In this document: piece after piece, positions 10,181 through 21,633 of the stretch
How positions within the stretch are numbered: the first letter of the stretch is position 1
How the letters are laid out: the number at the start of each line of letters is the position of its first letter
Assembly: GCA_013426185.1 (NCBI GenBank)
Contig: CP058602.1
Span: 546,279-610,278 of the forward strand
Source: Candidatus Woesebacteria bacterium
GTDB lineage: Bacteria; Patescibacteriota; Microgenomatia; UBA8517
Direction of reading: 5' to 3'
Length of the DNA: 64,000 nucleotides
Translations under genes and position numbers: made by a program
The notes under the pieces: model-generated
What the model saw: the letters and a program-made list of their open reading frames with translations, nothing else
What the model was told of the DNA's origin: nothing
The model's database searches: none

Positions 10181-12406
10181 TTAGTATCTTTTCTTCTCAA
10201 AGTTATCAAGAAGACGACTTGTGGGGAAATGTGGACCAGAAGAGGACTTTTGCCTTCTAAAGTTCCTATTCTGCCTTCTATCACGACTGTGATTTTCTCT
10301 TGCCTGACTTTGTTGTTTCTCCTGAGTCTTATCCAAAATCATGGAAAGGTTAATCCTTCCCAAATCATCAATTCCCTTTACTCTCACTTCAACCTTATCA
10401 CCTAGTTTAAGAAGGTCATGAGGGTCGCGAACAAAATCGGTACTCATATCAGAGACATGAACCATACCTTCCTTACCAGGCAAAATCTCTATAAAGACAC
10501 CAAAAGGCTCTATCCTTTTGACCACTCCTTGATATATTTCATCTGCCTTAACCTCTTTGGTCAATTGTTCAATCCTACTAACTGCCAATAAGACCGATTC
10601 GTCGCTTGTTCCTGTTATATTAACTGTGCCATCATCCTCAACTTCAATTTGAGCTCCAGTCTCAGCAATTAAAGAACGAATCATTCTGCCTCCTGGACCT
10701 ATTAATTCACCAATCTTATCCTGAGGAATTTTAAGGCTTTTGATTCTTGGGGCGTAAACTGAAAGAGATTCCCTTGGTTTATCAATCACTTTTGTCATCG
10801 CCTCCATAATCTCAAGCCTTGCTTTCTTCGCCTGTTTCAAAGCTTCAGATAAAATGCTTGGTGTAAGCTTTGTTGTTTTAACATCAAGCTGAAGCGCAGT
10901 AACTCCTTCTTTTGTGCCAGCTACTTTAAAATCCATATCACCTGCTCCATCTTCAATTCCGGCAATATCGGTTAAAACAGCAAATTTCTTCTCGCTTTCA
11001 ACCACCAAACCCATAGCAATACCGGCAACAGGTGCTGTAATAGGAACTCCTGCATCCATCAAAGAAAGAGTTGAGCCACAAGTTGAAGCCATAGAAGTTG
11101 AACCGTTGGAAGATAGAACCTCAGAGACAACCCGGATGGTGTAAGGAAAGACATCTTCAGAAGGAATAACAGGCAAAAGCGCTCGTTCAGCAAGTGCACC
11201 GTGTCCGATTTCTCTTCTTGAAGGAAAACCAACTCTGCCTGTTTCGCCGCTTGAATAAGGAGGCATAGTGTAATGATGCATATAACGCTTGGTTTCCTCA
11301 CCCTCTGCAGTCTCAATCAACTGTTCAAGTGAAGGAGCACCTAAGGTTGTAATTGATAAAACTTGCGTTTCCCCACGCCTAAAGATAGCCGAACCGTGAG
11401 TGCGAGGCAAAACTCCTACTTCAACACCAAGTGGGCGAATTTCATCAGTCTTCCTTCCGTCTGGTCGCTTCCCCGAAAGAACCATTTTGCGGAATTTCGA
11501 CGATAAGAGTTCCTCAAAGATGAAGAACACTTCCTTTTTATCCTCGTCTGGGAGTTTCTCTGCAAGAGCATTTTTATATTCATCAACTTCAGCATACCCT
11601 ATTTCCTTTTTGGCCATCTGAATAAGTATTTTTTCAATCTCTTTTCCAAATTCCTTATCAATCTTTTCTTTGAAAGAAGTTTTATCTTTAGGTTTAAATT
11701 CAAAACCGACATTAGAACCGGCTTTCTTGGCAAATTCAGAAATAAAATCAATTAATTTCTGTCCCTCTTTTTGAGCAAACTCGATACCCTCAAGAATTTT
11801 TTCTTCAGGAACTTGCTTGGCTCCAGCTTCAATCATTATCACAGCGTCTTTTGTGGTTGAAACAACTAAATCAAGAGCCGATTTTTCTTGCTCACTAACA
11901 AGAGGATTAAGAACAAAATTATCTTCAATAAGACCAATTCGAGAAACAGCCACAGGACCTTTCCAAGGAATACCTGAAACAGACAAAGCTGCAGATGTGG
12001 CAATAGCAGCCACAATGTCTGGACTATTTTCGATATCAACTGATAAGACTGTTACTGTTACTTGGACTTCACTATCTTTATATTCCTTTGGAAAAAGAGG
12101 TCTGATACTTCTATCAATCAAGCGGCCTGTCAGAATTTCCTCATCAGAAGGTCTTCCTTCTCTTTTGACCCAGCGACTGCCTTTAATTTTTCCTCCTGCA
12201 TAAAGCCTTTCTTGATACTCAACTGAAAGAGGAAAATAACCAATGTCTTCTTTTAAAGGGGATGAAACCACAGCTGCCAAAACCACTGTCTCGCCATATT
12301 GGGCTAAAACAGCACCTGTGGCTTGAAAGGCTAAATTTCCGGAAGTAAGGATTAATTTCTTACCACCAAAATCAATTTCACTTTGAGTCTTTTGATTTTT
12401 TTTCAT
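10181..12406 (-). CDS. pnp: Polynucleotide phosphorylase (PNPase).
   Basis: Two RNase PH domains, a KH domain and an S1 domain ([15 protein letters not shown]) are present. The 741 aa length is typical. Classic rpsO-pnp gene order. Confidence 0.9.
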   Translation of the reverse strand: MKKNQKTQSEIDFGGKKLILTSGNLAFQATGAVLAQYGETVVLAAVVSSPLKEDIGYFPLSVEYQERLYAGGKIKGSRWVKREGRPSDEEILTGRLIDRSIRPLFPKEYKDSEVQVTVTVLSVDIENSPDIVAAIATSAALSVSGIPWKGPVAVSRIGLIEDNFVLNPLVSEQEKSALDLVVSTTKDAVIMIEAGAKQVPEEKILEGIEFAQKEGQKLIDFISEFAKKAGSNVGFEFKPKDKTSFKEKIDKEFGKEIEKILIQMAKKEIGYAEVDEYKNALAEKLPDEDKKEVFFIFEELLSSKFRKMVLSGKRPDGRKTDEIRPLGVEVGVLPRTHGSAIFRRGETQVLSITTLGAPSLEQLIETAEGEETKRYMHHYTMPPYSSGETGRVGFPSRREIGHGALAERALLPVIPSEDVFPYTIRVVSEVLSSNGSTSMASTCGSTLSLMDAGVPITAPVAGIAMGLVVESEKKFAVLTDIAGIEDGAGDMDFKVAGTKEGVTALQLDVKTTKLTPSILSEALKQAKKARLEIMEAMTKVIDKPRESLSVYAPRIKSLKIPQDKIGELIGPGGRMIRSLIAETGAQIEVEDDGTVNITGTSDESVLLAVSRIEQLTKEVKADEIYQGVVKRIEPFGVFIEILPGKEGMVHVSDMSTDFVRDPHDLLKLGDKVEVRVKGIDDLGRINLSMILDKTQEKQQSQARENHSRDRRQNRNFRRQKSSSGPHFPTSRLLDNFEKKRY

Positions 12407-12701
12407 TTACTATTTCTTTCTTACCCAAGTCTAGCTTTTCAACCAAGCTATTATAGCGATTGATATCATGCTTCCTAAGGTAACTTAAAAGGCGACGTCT
12501 TTTGGCGATCATCGACAAAAGACCACGCCTTGAATGAATGTCTTTTTTGTGTTCTTTAAGATGCTTTGCTAACTTATCTATCTGAAAAGAAAGAAGGGCA
12601 ACTTGAACTTCAGGAGAACCTGTATCCCCCTTCTCGCGAGCAAATTTCTTTATTATCTCTTGTTTTTCTTCGGTTGTTAAAGCCATTGTCGTGTTAATCA
12701 A
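12378..12701 (-). CDS. rpsO: Ribosomal protein S15. The true start is probably the internal Met at about 12686 (MALTTEEK...).
   Basis: [33 protein letters not shown]...HSRRGLL...RRRLL is the canonical S15 sequence. The gene lies immediately upstream of pnp. Confidence 0.85.
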   Translation of the reverse strand: MINTTMALTTEEKQEIIKKFAREKGDTGSPEVQVALLSFQIDKLAKHLKEHKKDIHSRRGLLSMIAKRRRLLSYLRKHDINRYNSLVEKLDLGKKEIVNEKKSKDSK

Positions 12702-12778
12702 AGTAAACCCTAACAGGGTAAACCTTGGTTACATCAGTAGTATTTTAACAGAAAAATAGACAAACACAACCCTCAAAA

Positions 12779-13654
12779 CTAACTATTTGATGTGCTTTTA
12801 AAAATCTTGGGTGCCAACCAATCCTCTGGCGGATTTTCTTCAAGAGCTTGTTCTTGCGGTTTTTCTTCAATGGCAGCTACTGTCTGTTGAAAAGATTGAG
12901 GGGTAGGAATAGAACCCTGCGGATAATCTTTTTTAGGTAATTGTGGCAGTCTCTTTCCACCCAAACGCATAAGATCTGCTATCAGCTGAAAAGTATTGGC
13001 CGAAACTCCACCCGACATATAATGATTGCTACCCATTTCAATACCAGCAATTAAGTTCGAAGCAATATCGCTATCCACCTCAAGTTCTGCTTCTTTAATC
13101 AAATCAGCAACAATCTCAGAAACAGAGGAAGCGGGCTTGACAAAAGAGATAACACTAAGACCTTGAGTTAAGGAAAGCGGCCTTAAACCAATATGAATTT
13201 TAGGTAAATTTACCAAATCTTCGCTTGTCAACATAGGGAAATGGCTCTGATCAGCACCACCAATTAAGACAATCAAATCTGCCGAGACTCCAGAATGAGA
13301 AAGCATAACTTGATTTTCAAGAGGAGGATTGACTCCAGATTGAGGAATAACTGTTAGATAAAGCTCCTCATTTTTTACCTCGGAACTTACTCTTTCAATA
13401 TCACTTGCCTTGTAATTTGCAATTCTAATAACTAGATTTTTGTTCCCAAGCTCGGATTTTACTTTATCTACCCCAACCAGACGATTAAACTCAACTAGCA
13501 TCGGATTAGGACAAACAATATCAACTTCTTTTTTTCCAAGCAGGGCAAGGTATAAAGAAAGGCCTGCTGCCACCTGATCAAAATAAGGCTTTTTCGGCAA
13601 AATAATTAAAACTGACCTTGCTGAATCAAGATAAGAACGAAAATTATTTTCCAT
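12779..13654 (-). CDS. DHH/DHHA1-like protein (degenerate NrnA homolog), 291 aa, located between infB and rpsO.
   Basis: The position matches the nrnA gene of the nusA-infB-rbfA-nrnA arrangement known in other bacteria. The overall length and the hydrophobic and glycine patterns resemble DHH-DHHA1. The catalytic DHH and GGGH motifs are not conserved (only GGVS is present), so the protein is probably not an active phosphoesterase. Confidence 0.35.
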   Translation of the reverse strand: MENNFRSYLDSARSVLIILPKKPYFDQVAAGLSLYLALLGKKEVDIVCPNPMLVEFNRLVGVDKVKSELGNKNLVIRIANYKASDIERVSSEVKNEELYLTVIPQSGVNPPLENQVMLSHSGVSADLIVLIGGADQSHFPMLTSEDLVNLPKIHIGLRPLSLTQGLSVISFVKPASSVSEIVADLIKEAELEVDSDIASNLIAGIEMGSNHYMSGGVSANTFQLIADLMRLGGKRLPQLPKKDYPQGSIPTPQSFQQTVAAIEEKPQEQALEENPPEDWLAPKIFKSTSNS

Positions 13655-15083
13655 TAATTTGTGGGGCAGAAGCAGGATTACTTATTAATACTAACACATC
13701 ACCTACCTTAAAATCAAATTGGGGCGCAAAAAGAATACCAAATTCCTCGCCCTGGCCAACTTTACTAACAGCTTGTTTCTGTTTTTTAAGAGAGATTATT
13801 TTTACCTCACCCAAGACCTGTTCGCCCCTTTTCAAAATCAATTTATCCTTGATATTAATCTCTCCAAAAATCATTTTGCAGCCTGCTACTCTTTTTCCAT
13901 CAAAAGGAAATTCTGTCAAAATCTGTGCCTTGGCAATCTCTTTTATCTCAAGACCAGAAACTAGTTCATCTAGTCTCTCAAAAAGTTTATAGATTATACC
14001 AAACTCCTCTATCCTAACACCCTCTGATTCTGCCAATTTTTTAATTTCGCCTGTCACCTTGACTCCAAAGGTAAAAATCAAAGAACCTGTAGTTTTTGCC
14101 ATCAAGACATCATTTTTCGTAACCTCACCTATACCAAAATCTACTATCTTTACTTCGGGCTTTACCCCCCCCAAGATCGCCTCAAGTACACCTTGTGATT
14201 CAGCTTTAATAATCAAAGAGACTTTAAAATCAGAAGCTGCCGATTCTTCCTTCAACTGCGAGTCTTCTTCTGATTTAATATTTGTCTCAGGCGTATCAGT
14301 AATAACTCCACCTACTGGAGGTAATTCTTCAAAACCAAGAATTAAAGCGGGGTAACCTGGAAGTATCTCATTTACACTTTTTCCAAAAGCATCTATTAAA
14401 CCTCTGATTTTAGCTTTAACTGCACCTACGTATACTTCATCTTTTACCCTCAATGTACCCTGTTTGACAATAGCCGAAACAGTAAGGCCCGCCTTTGTCT
14501 TAGCAGTCTCAATAACCACAGCTTTAAGCTTTTCTTCAGGCAAACCTTCTAAATTAGAAACACCAGCCAAAAGCAGTATTAGCTCAAGAAGTTCATCTAT
14601 ACCAACTTTATTTCTGGCTGAAACGCTCGCAAAAGGAACATCTCCACCCAGGCCCTCAAGCAATACCCCTTCCTCAACGAGTTGTTTTTTTACCACTTCA
14701 ACTCTTGCTGATGGAAGATCTATTTTTGTAAAAGCAACCAAAAAGGGAATTTGCGCTTCTTTAATATATTTGATCGATTCTCTTGTCTGAGGTTTAACCC
14801 CATCATCACTAGCAACAACCAATACTGCCAAATCACAAGCATTAGCCCCACAGGAGCGCATCTTGGCAAAAGCAGCATGACCTGGTGTATCAATAAAAAC
14901 TATTTCCTGATTATTCTTAGTTTTAACAACCGAGGCTCCAATTCTCTGAGTTATACCACCAGCTTCTCTTGATTGGACATTAGTGGCGCGAATCACATCA
15001 AGAAGCGTTGTCTTGCCATGATCTACATGCCCCAAAACAGTCACAACAGGAGGTCTTTTTAAAATTATTTTTTCTTCTTTCAT
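13644..15083 (-). CDS. infB: Translation initiation factor IF-2, short form without the N-terminal extension.
   Basis: The G domain begins at residue 10 (VVTVLGHVDHGKTTLLD, DTPGH, TKID). The C-terminal beta-barrel domains are present. The 479 aa length is short for IF-2. Confidence 0.9.
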   Translation of the reverse strand: MKEEKIILKRPPVVTVLGHVDHGKTTLLDVIRATNVQSREAGGITQRIGASVVKTKNNQEIVFIDTPGHAAFAKMRSCGANACDLAVLVVASDDGVKPQTRESIKYIKEAQIPFLVAFTKIDLPSARVEVVKKQLVEEGVLLEGLGGDVPFASVSARNKVGIDELLELILLLAGVSNLEGLPEEKLKAVVIETAKTKAGLTVSAIVKQGTLRVKDEVYVGAVKAKIRGLIDAFGKSVNEILPGYPALILGFEELPPVGGVITDTPETNIKSEEDSQLKEESAASDFKVSLIIKAESQGVLEAILGGVKPEVKIVDFGIGEVTKNDVLMAKTTGSLIFTFGVKVTGEIKKLAESEGVRIEEFGIIYKLFERLDELVSGLEIKEIAKAQILTEFPFDGKRVAGCKMIFGEINIKDKLILKRGEQVLGEVKIISLKKQKQAVSKVGQGEEFGILFAPQFDFKVGDVLVLISNPASAPQINGK

Positions 15084-15113
15084 ACTCGTTTTGAAATAGA
15101 TAAAGGCTTCTCA

Positions 15114-16157
15114 TTATTCTTGAATCTTTTTATCTTCAGTAGCCTTTGTCTCTTCCTTTTCTTCTTTATCTTCCTTTTTAGGCTCTTTTGACTCAACTGA
15201 CTCAACCTTGATTCCCCAACCCGTAAGTTTAGCAGCAAGTCTTGCATTCTGACCATCACGGCCAATAGCAAGCGAAAGTTGATCTTCAGGAGCTAAAACA
15301 AAAGCAATTTTCTTCTCTTCATCAAGAGTAACTTCTAAATTTTCAGCAGGAGATAAAGCATTTTTGATAACCTCAGCTATATTGTCACTATAAGGGATAA
15401 CATCTACTCTTTCCCCTCCAAGTTCACTGGTCACTGTCTGGACTCTCACACCTTTTTGTCCAACACAAGAGCCAACAGGATCAACCCCAGGCTGATTTGA
15501 ATAAACAACCATCTTTGTTCTAATTCCAGGCTCTCTGACTATAGATTTAATTTCAACACTTTTTGAATTAATTTCTGGCACCTCACGAGCAAAAAGTTTA
15601 ACCACAAATTGAGGATCAGCTCTTGAAAGAATTAATTCCTTGCCCCTTATTCCTTCTCTGATTTCCTTTAGAAGGAAAGTCATTCTTTCACCTTGGTTTA
15701 ATTTCTCAGTAGGCACTCTCTCCTCCTGAGGCAAAATAGCCTCAGATCGGCCTAGATCAACTCGAACATTAGGTCCTTCAAATCTTAAAATAACCCCTGA
15801 GACTAAACCCCCAACCTTACCGGCAAACTCATCCATTACCAAAGTCTTCTCTGCTTCTCTAATCTTTTGATGGATAACTTGCTTTGCTGTTTGGGCTGCA
15901 ATACGACCAAAACCCGGCGGAGTAACATCTTTTCCTTCCCTAATTATTTTGGTCTCGCCCGTCACAGGATCAAGTTCCACTTCAATAGCCACATCTTCTG
16001 CTATCTCTTCTCCTCTTTCTCTGGCATCGCGGCGATAAGCGGCAACAATTGCTTGTTTAATTGCCTCCAAAATCACTTCGGGATCAAGGCCTCGCTCCAT
16101 AGCAATGGCCTTAATAGCCTGAGCAAACTCTGTCCTTGCGTTTCTTGTATTTATCAT
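15114..16157 (-). CDS. nusA: Transcription termination/antitermination factor NusA. The ORF track starts it at the TTG at 16166, but the ATG at 16157 is more likely.
   Basis: The NusA N-domain, S1 domain and two KH domains are present, with a C-terminal acidic tail. The gene is followed by infB, as expected for this operon. Confidence 0.9.
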   Translation of the reverse strand: MINTRNARTEFAQAIKAIAMERGLDPEVILEAIKQAIVAAYRRDARERGEEIAEDVAIEVELDPVTGETKIIREGKDVTPPGFGRIAAQTAKQVIHQKIREAEKTLVMDEFAGKVGGLVSGVILRFEGPNVRVDLGRSEAILPQEERVPTEKLNQGERMTFLLKEIREGIRGKELILSRADPQFVVKLFAREVPEINSKSVEIKSIVREPGIRTKMVVYSNQPGVDPVGSCVGQKGVRVQTVTSELGGERVDVIPYSDNIAEVIKNALSPAENLEVTLDEEKKIAFVLAPEDQLSLAIGRDGQNARLAAKLTGWGIKVESVESKEPKKEDKEEKEETKATEDKKIQE

Positions 16158-16164
16158 AGCTTGC

Positions 16165-16190
16165 AAAAAAAATGGTGGGCAAATCCCACC
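16165..16190 (-). terminator. Intrinsic-terminator-like hairpin plus U-tract, about 8 nt upstream of the nusA start codon (possible leader attenuator).
   Basis: The minus-strand RNA reads GGUGGGAUUUGCCCACC followed by AUUUUUUUUG (plus strand 16165-16190: aaaaaaaatggtgggcaaatcccacc). Confidence 0.45.
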
Positions 16191-16235
16191 CTCACCTCTC
16201 TAACCATTATCATTTTACTTTTATTTTGGCTCTAA

Positions 16236-16628
16236 GTCAACAATTAATAGGTAAAAGAGTAAAAGTTAAAAGGTAAAAGAAATTCAGACTTAAGAGTCGG
16301 ATGTCAGACATCGGACATCAGCCGTCGGACATCGACTATCGGCTGTCGGAGATTAGTCGAAGTCAGTATCAAGTATCACGAAGCAAGTATGATAATAGGT
16401 AAAAGGCAAGACCTGCCCGCAATGCTTTCAGCATAGCTGATGCAGGCGGGGGTAAAAGGTAAAAGAAACTCAAGTAGTAAGTAGAAAGCAAAATTCATAA
16501 CCAATAGTTAAAGTTTCAAAGTTAAAAGTTGTGCATTATCCTTTCTACTTTCTGCTTACTGCTTTCTACTAATTTTAAGTTTTGAATTTTAAGTTTTGAG
16601 TTAATTTGTTAACTGTTAATTGTTATCT
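16236..16628. repeat. Repeat-rich non-coding spacer between the dnaJ 3' end and the nusA 5' end.
   Basis: No ORF of 60 aa or more is present. GGTAAAAG occurs six times. A GC-richer block carries TCGGACATC/GTCGGA direct repeats and the cagccg...cggctg palindrome. An inverted pair agtagaaagca / tgctttctact sits about 65 nt apart. TTTTAAGTTTTGA occurs as a tandem direct repeat. Confidence 0.6.
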
Positions 16629-17495
16629 TTATAGTCCTACCTTTCGAAGCTCCTCTACTGCTTTTTTCTGTTCCCGGCTTAGCTTTTCAGGTACGGCTAC
16701 AATAAACCTAATATATTCATCTCCTTTACCACCACCATGAAGCCTTGTAATTCCTTTTCCTCTCAAGCGAATCATCGTTCCCGATTGGGTGCCGGGACGA
16801 ACCCTGAGTTTAACTTCCCCATCTAAAGTAGGAACTGTCACTTCCCCTCCTAAAACAGCAAGCGAAAAAGGGACAGCCATTCGGACATAGATATCCGCAC
16901 CGTCTCTTTCAAAAAGCTCATGCGGTCTGATATTAACCGAAAGGAGGAAATCGCCAAAATTAATTCTTGATCCTTCATCAACCCCAGCTGGAATTTTGAT
17001 TTTTCTCTTCTTGTCGTTAACAATAACTTCTTTCTCGCAACCCTTAACAGCTTCCATAAAATCAAGGGTAATAGAATAACGGGGAACCGATCTTCTTCTT
17101 GTAAAAGGGGAGCCACCAAAAAACTGCTCAAAGATATCAAACGGGTCTTCAAAATCAAATCCTTCAAAAGGAGAGCCGCCAGTAGTGGTGTAGGTATAAG
17201 TAAAAGGGCCCCAACGCCCGCTTTGTGAAAAAGGCGAGCCGGAGAATCCTGCTGCGCCACCAGGAGAAAAAGCATCGTGTCCAAACTGATCGTAAGCAGC
17301 TCTTTTTTGAGGGTCAGACAAAACCTGATAAGCCTCATTAATCTCCTTAAACTTCTTCTCTGCAAATTCTTTATCCTCGCTATGGCGATCAGGATGCCAC
17401 TCTAAAGCTTGCTTACGATAAGCTTTTTTGATTTCATCAAGAGTAGCATCTTTACTAACCCCTAAAACTTCATAATAATCCTGTCTTTCAGCCAT
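16629..17495 (-). CDS. dnaJ: DnaJ-family co-chaperone lacking the Zn-finger (CbpA-like class II J-protein).
   Basis: The J domain [33 protein letters not shown] with its HPD motif is present. A G/F-rich linker and C-terminal substrate-binding domains are present. There is no CxxCxGxG repeat. Confidence 0.8.
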   Translation of the reverse strand: MAERQDYYEVLGVSKDATLDEIKKAYRKQALEWHPDRHSEDKEFAEKKFKEINEAYQVLSDPQKRAAYDQFGHDAFSPGGAAGFSGSPFSQSGRWGPFTYTYTTTGGSPFEGFDFEDPFDIFEQFFGGSPFTRRRSVPRYSITLDFMEAVKGCEKEVIVNDKKRKIKIPAGVDEGSRINFGDFLLSVNIRPHELFERDGADIYVRMAVPFSLAVLGGEVTVPTLDGEVKLRVRPGTQSGTMIRLRGKGITRLHGGGKGDEYIRFIVAVPEKLSREQKKAVEELRKVGL

Positions 17496-17497
17496 TT

Positions 17498-19651
17498 TTA
17501 ATATTTAAGCGACATTTTTTGACCCGTAACTAGAAGCTCAAGTTTAGTTCCACTCCCGATTTTCCCTTCAATGATAAGAAGAGAAACTTCATCAAGAAGC
17601 TCTTCTTCTATTAGACGGCGAAGCGGCCTTGCTCCAAAAACAGGATCAAAACCTTTTTTGGCAAGATAATCTATCACCTTCTTGTCATAAATTAAATCTA
17701 TACCTTGGCTTGAAAGAATCTGGCTTGCTTTCTCCAGCTGATTTTTGGCTATATCAAGCATTATCTTTTCATCTAAAGGCTTAAAGATAATAACCTTATC
17801 AATTCTGTTGATAAATTCAGGACGAAAGAATTGAAAAAGCATTTTCTCGACTTCACTTTTGACTTCCTCCCACTTTCTGTTTTTATTCTGGCTAATAATA
17901 TCGCTACCCAAGTTACTGGTCATTACAATAATCGTATTTTTAAAATCAACAGTTATCCCTTTGCCATCAGTCAAGCGACCGTCATCAAGAACTTGAAGGA
18001 GCACATTAAAAACTTGCGGGTGAGCTTTCTCCACTTCATCAAGCAAAACCAAAGAATAAGGATGGCGCCTGACAGCTTCTGTTAGTTGTCCACCTTCCTC
18101 AAAACCAACATAACCAGGAGGGGCGCCAATCAAGCGAGAAACGCTGTGGGCTTCCTGATACTCGCCCATATCAATTCGCACAATTGCATCCTCATCGTTA
18201 AAAATAGCCTCAGCCAATGCCTTGGCTGTTTCAGTCTTTCCAACTCCTGTCGGTCCAAGAAAAAGAAAAGAGCCAATTGGTCTTCTTCCCTCACGCAAGC
18301 CTGAACGAGATCGTCTTATAGCATTTGCCACAAGATGCAAGGCCTCATCCTGGCCAATTACCCGCTTCCTCAATTCTTCTTCAAGATGAAGCAGCTTCTC
18401 ACTTTCTGCTGAAAGAAGCTTACCCAAAGGAATTCCGGTTATGCGAGAGACAACTTTGGCAATATCCTCCTCTCCGACTTCTTCACGCAAGACTTTCTCT
18501 TCCTGGGGAATTCTATTCCACTTCTCTTCAAGTTCTTTTAGCTTTGCTTCAAGTTCTGGTAATTTTCCATATTTAATTTCAGCCGCTTTTTCAAGATTAA
18601 CTTCCCGCTCTGATTTCTCAAGCTCAAGCCTCAATTTATCTATCTCAAGACGCACCTTTCTTATTTTCTCAATAATTTCTTTCTGGCTGCGCCATCTTTC
18701 TTCAAAAGAAGCTATACTTTCCTTTAACCTATTAATTTTTTCCTCAATCACTTTTATCCTATCTTCTGCTTCTTTTGTTCTCTCTCTTTTTAAAGCTGTT
18801 CTCTCAATTTCAAGGCGAGTGAGCTCCCGTTTCATCAAATCAAGGTCAGAGGGCATACTTTCCGTCTCTATTTTGATACTTGCTGCTGCCTCGTCAATTA
18901 AATCAATAGCCTTATCAGGCAAAAAACGATTTGTAATATAACGACTTGAGAGAGTAGCAGCAGCAATTAAAGCATCATCGGTAATTCGAATGCCATGATG
19001 AAGTTCATATTTATCTTTTATTCCTCTTAAAATAGCAATTGTATCCTCAACTGTTGGCTCCTCAACCAAAACTGTTTGAAAACGACGGGCAAGTGCTGCA
19101 TCCTTTTCAATATGTTTTCTATATTCTTCAACAGTTGTTGCCCCAATCATCCTTAAAGTTCCACGCGCAAGAGAAGGCTTTAAGATATTGGCAGCATCAA
19201 CCGCACCTTCCGCTTCGCCTCCGCCGACCAAAATATGAAGTTCATCTATAAAAACTATGTATTTTCCTTCGCCTTCTTCAATTCCCTTAATCACAGCCTT
19301 CAACCTTTCTTCAAATTCTCCTCTAAACTTGGTTCCAGCAACAAGAAGTGCAAAATCAAGAACTAGAAGCTCACGATCCTTAAGAGTTTCTGGCACATCC
19401 CCTGCAACAATTCTCTGAGCAAGCCCTTCAACTATCGCAGTTTTACCAACCCCAGGATCTCCAATTAAAACAGGATTGTTCTTAATCCTCCTTGAAAGAA
19501 TTTGCATCACCCGACGAATTTCAGAATCTCGACCTATGACAGGATCAAGCTTGCCCTCCTTTGCTTGTTCGGTTAGGTTATAGGTATATTTTTTAAGAGC
19601 TTCTTGAGGGCTTGGGGGTTTAAAAAGAGACTCAAGATCATTGTTATCCAT
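17498..19651 (-). CDS. clpB: Chaperone ClpB (two AAA+ modules plus a long coiled-coil M-domain), without the N-terminal domain.
   Basis: Two Walker A motifs are present, [18 protein letters not shown] and [16 protein letters not shown] coiled coil of roughly 120 aa ([32 protein letters not shown]...) is present. The gene lies in the dnaK operon. Confidence 0.9.
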   Translation of the reverse strand: MDNNDLESLFKPPSPQEALKKYTYNLTEQAKEGKLDPVIGRDSEIRRVMQILSRRIKNNPVLIGDPGVGKTAIVEGLAQRIVAGDVPETLKDRELLVLDFALLVAGTKFRGEFEERLKAVIKGIEEGEGKYIVFIDELHILVGGGEAEGAVDAANILKPSLARGTLRMIGATTVEEYRKHIEKDAALARRFQTVLVEEPTVEDTIAILRGIKDKYELHHGIRITDDALIAAATLSSRYITNRFLPDKAIDLIDEAAASIKIETESMPSDLDLMKRELTRLEIERTALKRERTKEAEDRIKVIEEKINRLKESIASFEERWRSQKEIIEKIRKVRLEIDKLRLELEKSEREVNLEKAAEIKYGKLPELEAKLKELEEKWNRIPQEEKVLREEVGEEDIAKVVSRITGIPLGKLLSAESEKLLHLEEELRKRVIGQDEALHLVANAIRRSRSGLREGRRPIGSFLFLGPTGVGKTETAKALAEAIFNDEDAIVRIDMGEYQEAHSVSRLIGAPPGYVGFEEGGQLTEAVRRHPYSLVLLDEVEKAHPQVFNVLLQVLDDGRLTDGKGITVDFKNTIIVMTSNLGSDIISQNKNRKWEEVKSEVEKMLFQFFRPEFINRIDKVIIFKPLDEKIMLDIAKNQLEKASQILSSQGIDLIYDKKVIDYLAKKGFDPVFGARPLRRLIEEELLDEVSLLIIEGKIGSGTKLELLVTGQKMSLKY

Positions 19652-19672
19652 AGGCTAAAAAAGAAGGAAAAA

Positions 19673-21559
19673 TTATTCAACAACTTCACCCTCTTCTACT
19701 TTACCGTCACCCTTCTTTGTTTTTTCCTCTTCCTTTTTTTCGCCTTCTTCAGTTTTAGTCTCTTGAGTTTGATACATTGCCTGACCAACTTCAGACAAAG
19801 CATCTGAAAGCTCCTTGGTTTTTGTTTCAAGCTCCTCTTTGCTGGCTGTTTCAAGAACGTCTTTTAGAGATTTAATTTTATCCTCCACTTTGCTTTTAAT
19901 CTCGGAAGAAATCTTATCGCCCGCATCTTTGAGAGCTTTTTCGGCTGTTGCAATAATGGCATCAGCTGCGTTTCTTGCCTTAACAAGTTGCGCCTTCGCT
20001 TCATCTTCTGCTTTGTGTTTTTCTGCCTCCTCTTGCATTCTTTTAACCTCATCTTCCGAAAGACCTATAGCACCTGTAATGGTAATATTTTGGCTTTTGC
20101 CGGTTGCCTTATCTTTGGCTGTGACCTTCAAAATACCTGAGGCGTCGATATCAAAAGTAACCTCGATTTGAGGAACACCGCGAGGCGCAGGCGGAATTCC
20201 ATCAAGAATAAAGCGACCCAAGCTCTTGTTGTCAGAGGCCATAGGGCGCTCTCCTTGAACAACATGAACCTCAACCTGAGTCTGATTATCAGCAGCTGTT
20301 GAAAAAATTTCCGTCTTTGAGGTCGGAATAGTGGTGTTGCGAGGAATCATTGGTGTTGCCACATTGCCAAGAGTTTCAATTGCCAAAGTCAAAGGAGTTA
20401 CATCCAAAAGCAAGATATCTTTTACCTCACCACCCAAAACTCCAGCCTGAATTGCAGCACCAATTGCCACAACCTCATCAGGATTAACCGACTTGTTAGG
20501 CTCCTTACCAAAGTATTCTTTAACAGTTTCAATAACTTTGGGCATCCTTGTCATCCCTCCAACCAAAATAACTTCATCTACATCATGAGGATCAAGCTTT
20601 GCATCCTTAAGACAAGCTTCAACTGGCTTTAGAGTTTTCTGAATTAGATGATCAACTAAGCTTTCTAATTTTGCCCTTGTTAATTTCATAGTAAGATGCA
20701 ATGGCTGGCCATCCTTCTGGGTAATATAAGGCTGGTTAATCTCAACCTCAGAAGCAGCAGAAAGCTCAATCTTTGCTTTTTCAGCTGCGTCTCTAATCCT
20801 TTGCAAAGCTTGTTTATCTGCCTTCAAGTCAACTGCATATTCTTTCTTAAATTCGCTGCAGATATAATCAACCAAAGCCTCATCGAAATCATCACCACCA
20901 AGGTGGGTATCACCATTGGTAGCTTTAACCTCAAAAACCCCGTCTCCAAGTTCAAGAATGGAAATATCAAAAGTACCACCGCCCAAATCATAAACAGCTA
21001 TCTTTTGAGCATTTTTCTTATCAAGACCATAAGCAAGCGAGGCAGCTGTTGGTTCGTTAATAATTCTCTCTACCTTAAGGCCAGCAATTTCTCCTGCTTG
21101 TTTTGTTGCTTGGCGCTGAGCATCATCAAAATAAGCAGGAACAGTAATTACAGCACGATCAACCGTCTCTCCCAAATAACTTTCTGCATCCTTCTTAAGC
21201 TTCATTAAAATCCTGGCTGAGATTTCTTGCGGAGTATAGGTTTTACCTTCTACCTCAACACAAGCGGAACCATCTTTCCCAGCAACAATCTCGTAAGGCA
21301 CCATCTCTTTTGTCCTTTTTACCTCAGGATCATTAATTCTTCTACCCATCAACCTCTTAATAGAGTAAATAGTATTCTTGGGATTTAAGATCATCTGCCT
21401 TTTTGCCACATCTCCCACTAGATTCTTAACCGGCTCAACCACAGACGGAGTAATATTGCGACCGGTATCTGCGGCCGGAATAACTTTGGGGCGGCCAGCT
21501 TCCATCACAGCCACCACTGAATTTGTTGTTCCAAGATCAATTCCAATTATCTTGCTCAT
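19673..21559 (-). CDS. dnaK: Chaperone DnaK (Hsp70).
   Basis: [14 protein letters not shown] and DLGGGTFD are present, with full-length Hsp70 architecture of 628 aa. Confidence 0.95.
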   Translation of the reverse strand: MSKIIGIDLGTTNSVVAVMEAGRPKVIPAADTGRNITPSVVEPVKNLVGDVAKRQMILNPKNTIYSIKRLMGRRINDPEVKRTKEMVPYEIVAGKDGSACVEVEGKTYTPQEISARILMKLKKDAESYLGETVDRAVITVPAYFDDAQRQATKQAGEIAGLKVERIINEPTAASLAYGLDKKNAQKIAVYDLGGGTFDISILELGDGVFEVKATNGDTHLGGDDFDEALVDYICSEFKKEYAVDLKADKQALQRIRDAAEKAKIELSAASEVEINQPYITQKDGQPLHLTMKLTRAKLESLVDHLIQKTLKPVEACLKDAKLDPHDVDEVILVGGMTRMPKVIETVKEYFGKEPNKSVNPDEVVAIGAAIQAGVLGGEVKDILLLDVTPLTLAIETLGNVATPMIPRNTTIPTSKTEIFSTAADNQTQVEVHVVQGERPMASDNKSLGRFILDGIPPAPRGVPQIEVTFDIDASGILKVTAKDKATGKSQNITITGAIGLSEDEVKRMQEEAEKHKAEDEAKAQLVKARNAADAIIATAEKALKDAGDKISSEIKSKVEDKIKSLKDVLETASKEELETKTKELSDALSEVGQAMYQTQETKTEEGEKKEEEKTKKGDGKVEEGEVVE

Positions 21560-21633
21560 ATTTTTATTATAAAGTAATTATAACTAATCTAGATTCTGAT
21601 TTTAAAGCTTGCAAAAAGCTCTAAAATCAAAAC

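Noticed and set aside
16236-16628. Possible CRISPR array in the dnaJ-nusA spacer.
   Set aside because: The repeats are only 8-13 nt and irregularly spaced with no constant repeat/spacer periodicity. No cas genes are in the window.
15867-19251. Antisense ORFs inside nusA, dnaJ and clpB (15867-16235, 16850-17365, 17831-18085, 18086-18304, 18325-18576, 18441-18941, 19039-19251).
   Set aside because: They overlap strongly supported chaperone or NusA coding regions on the opposite strand. Their translations are low-complexity (Ser/Leu/Phe-rich), typical of antisense frames of AT-rich genes.
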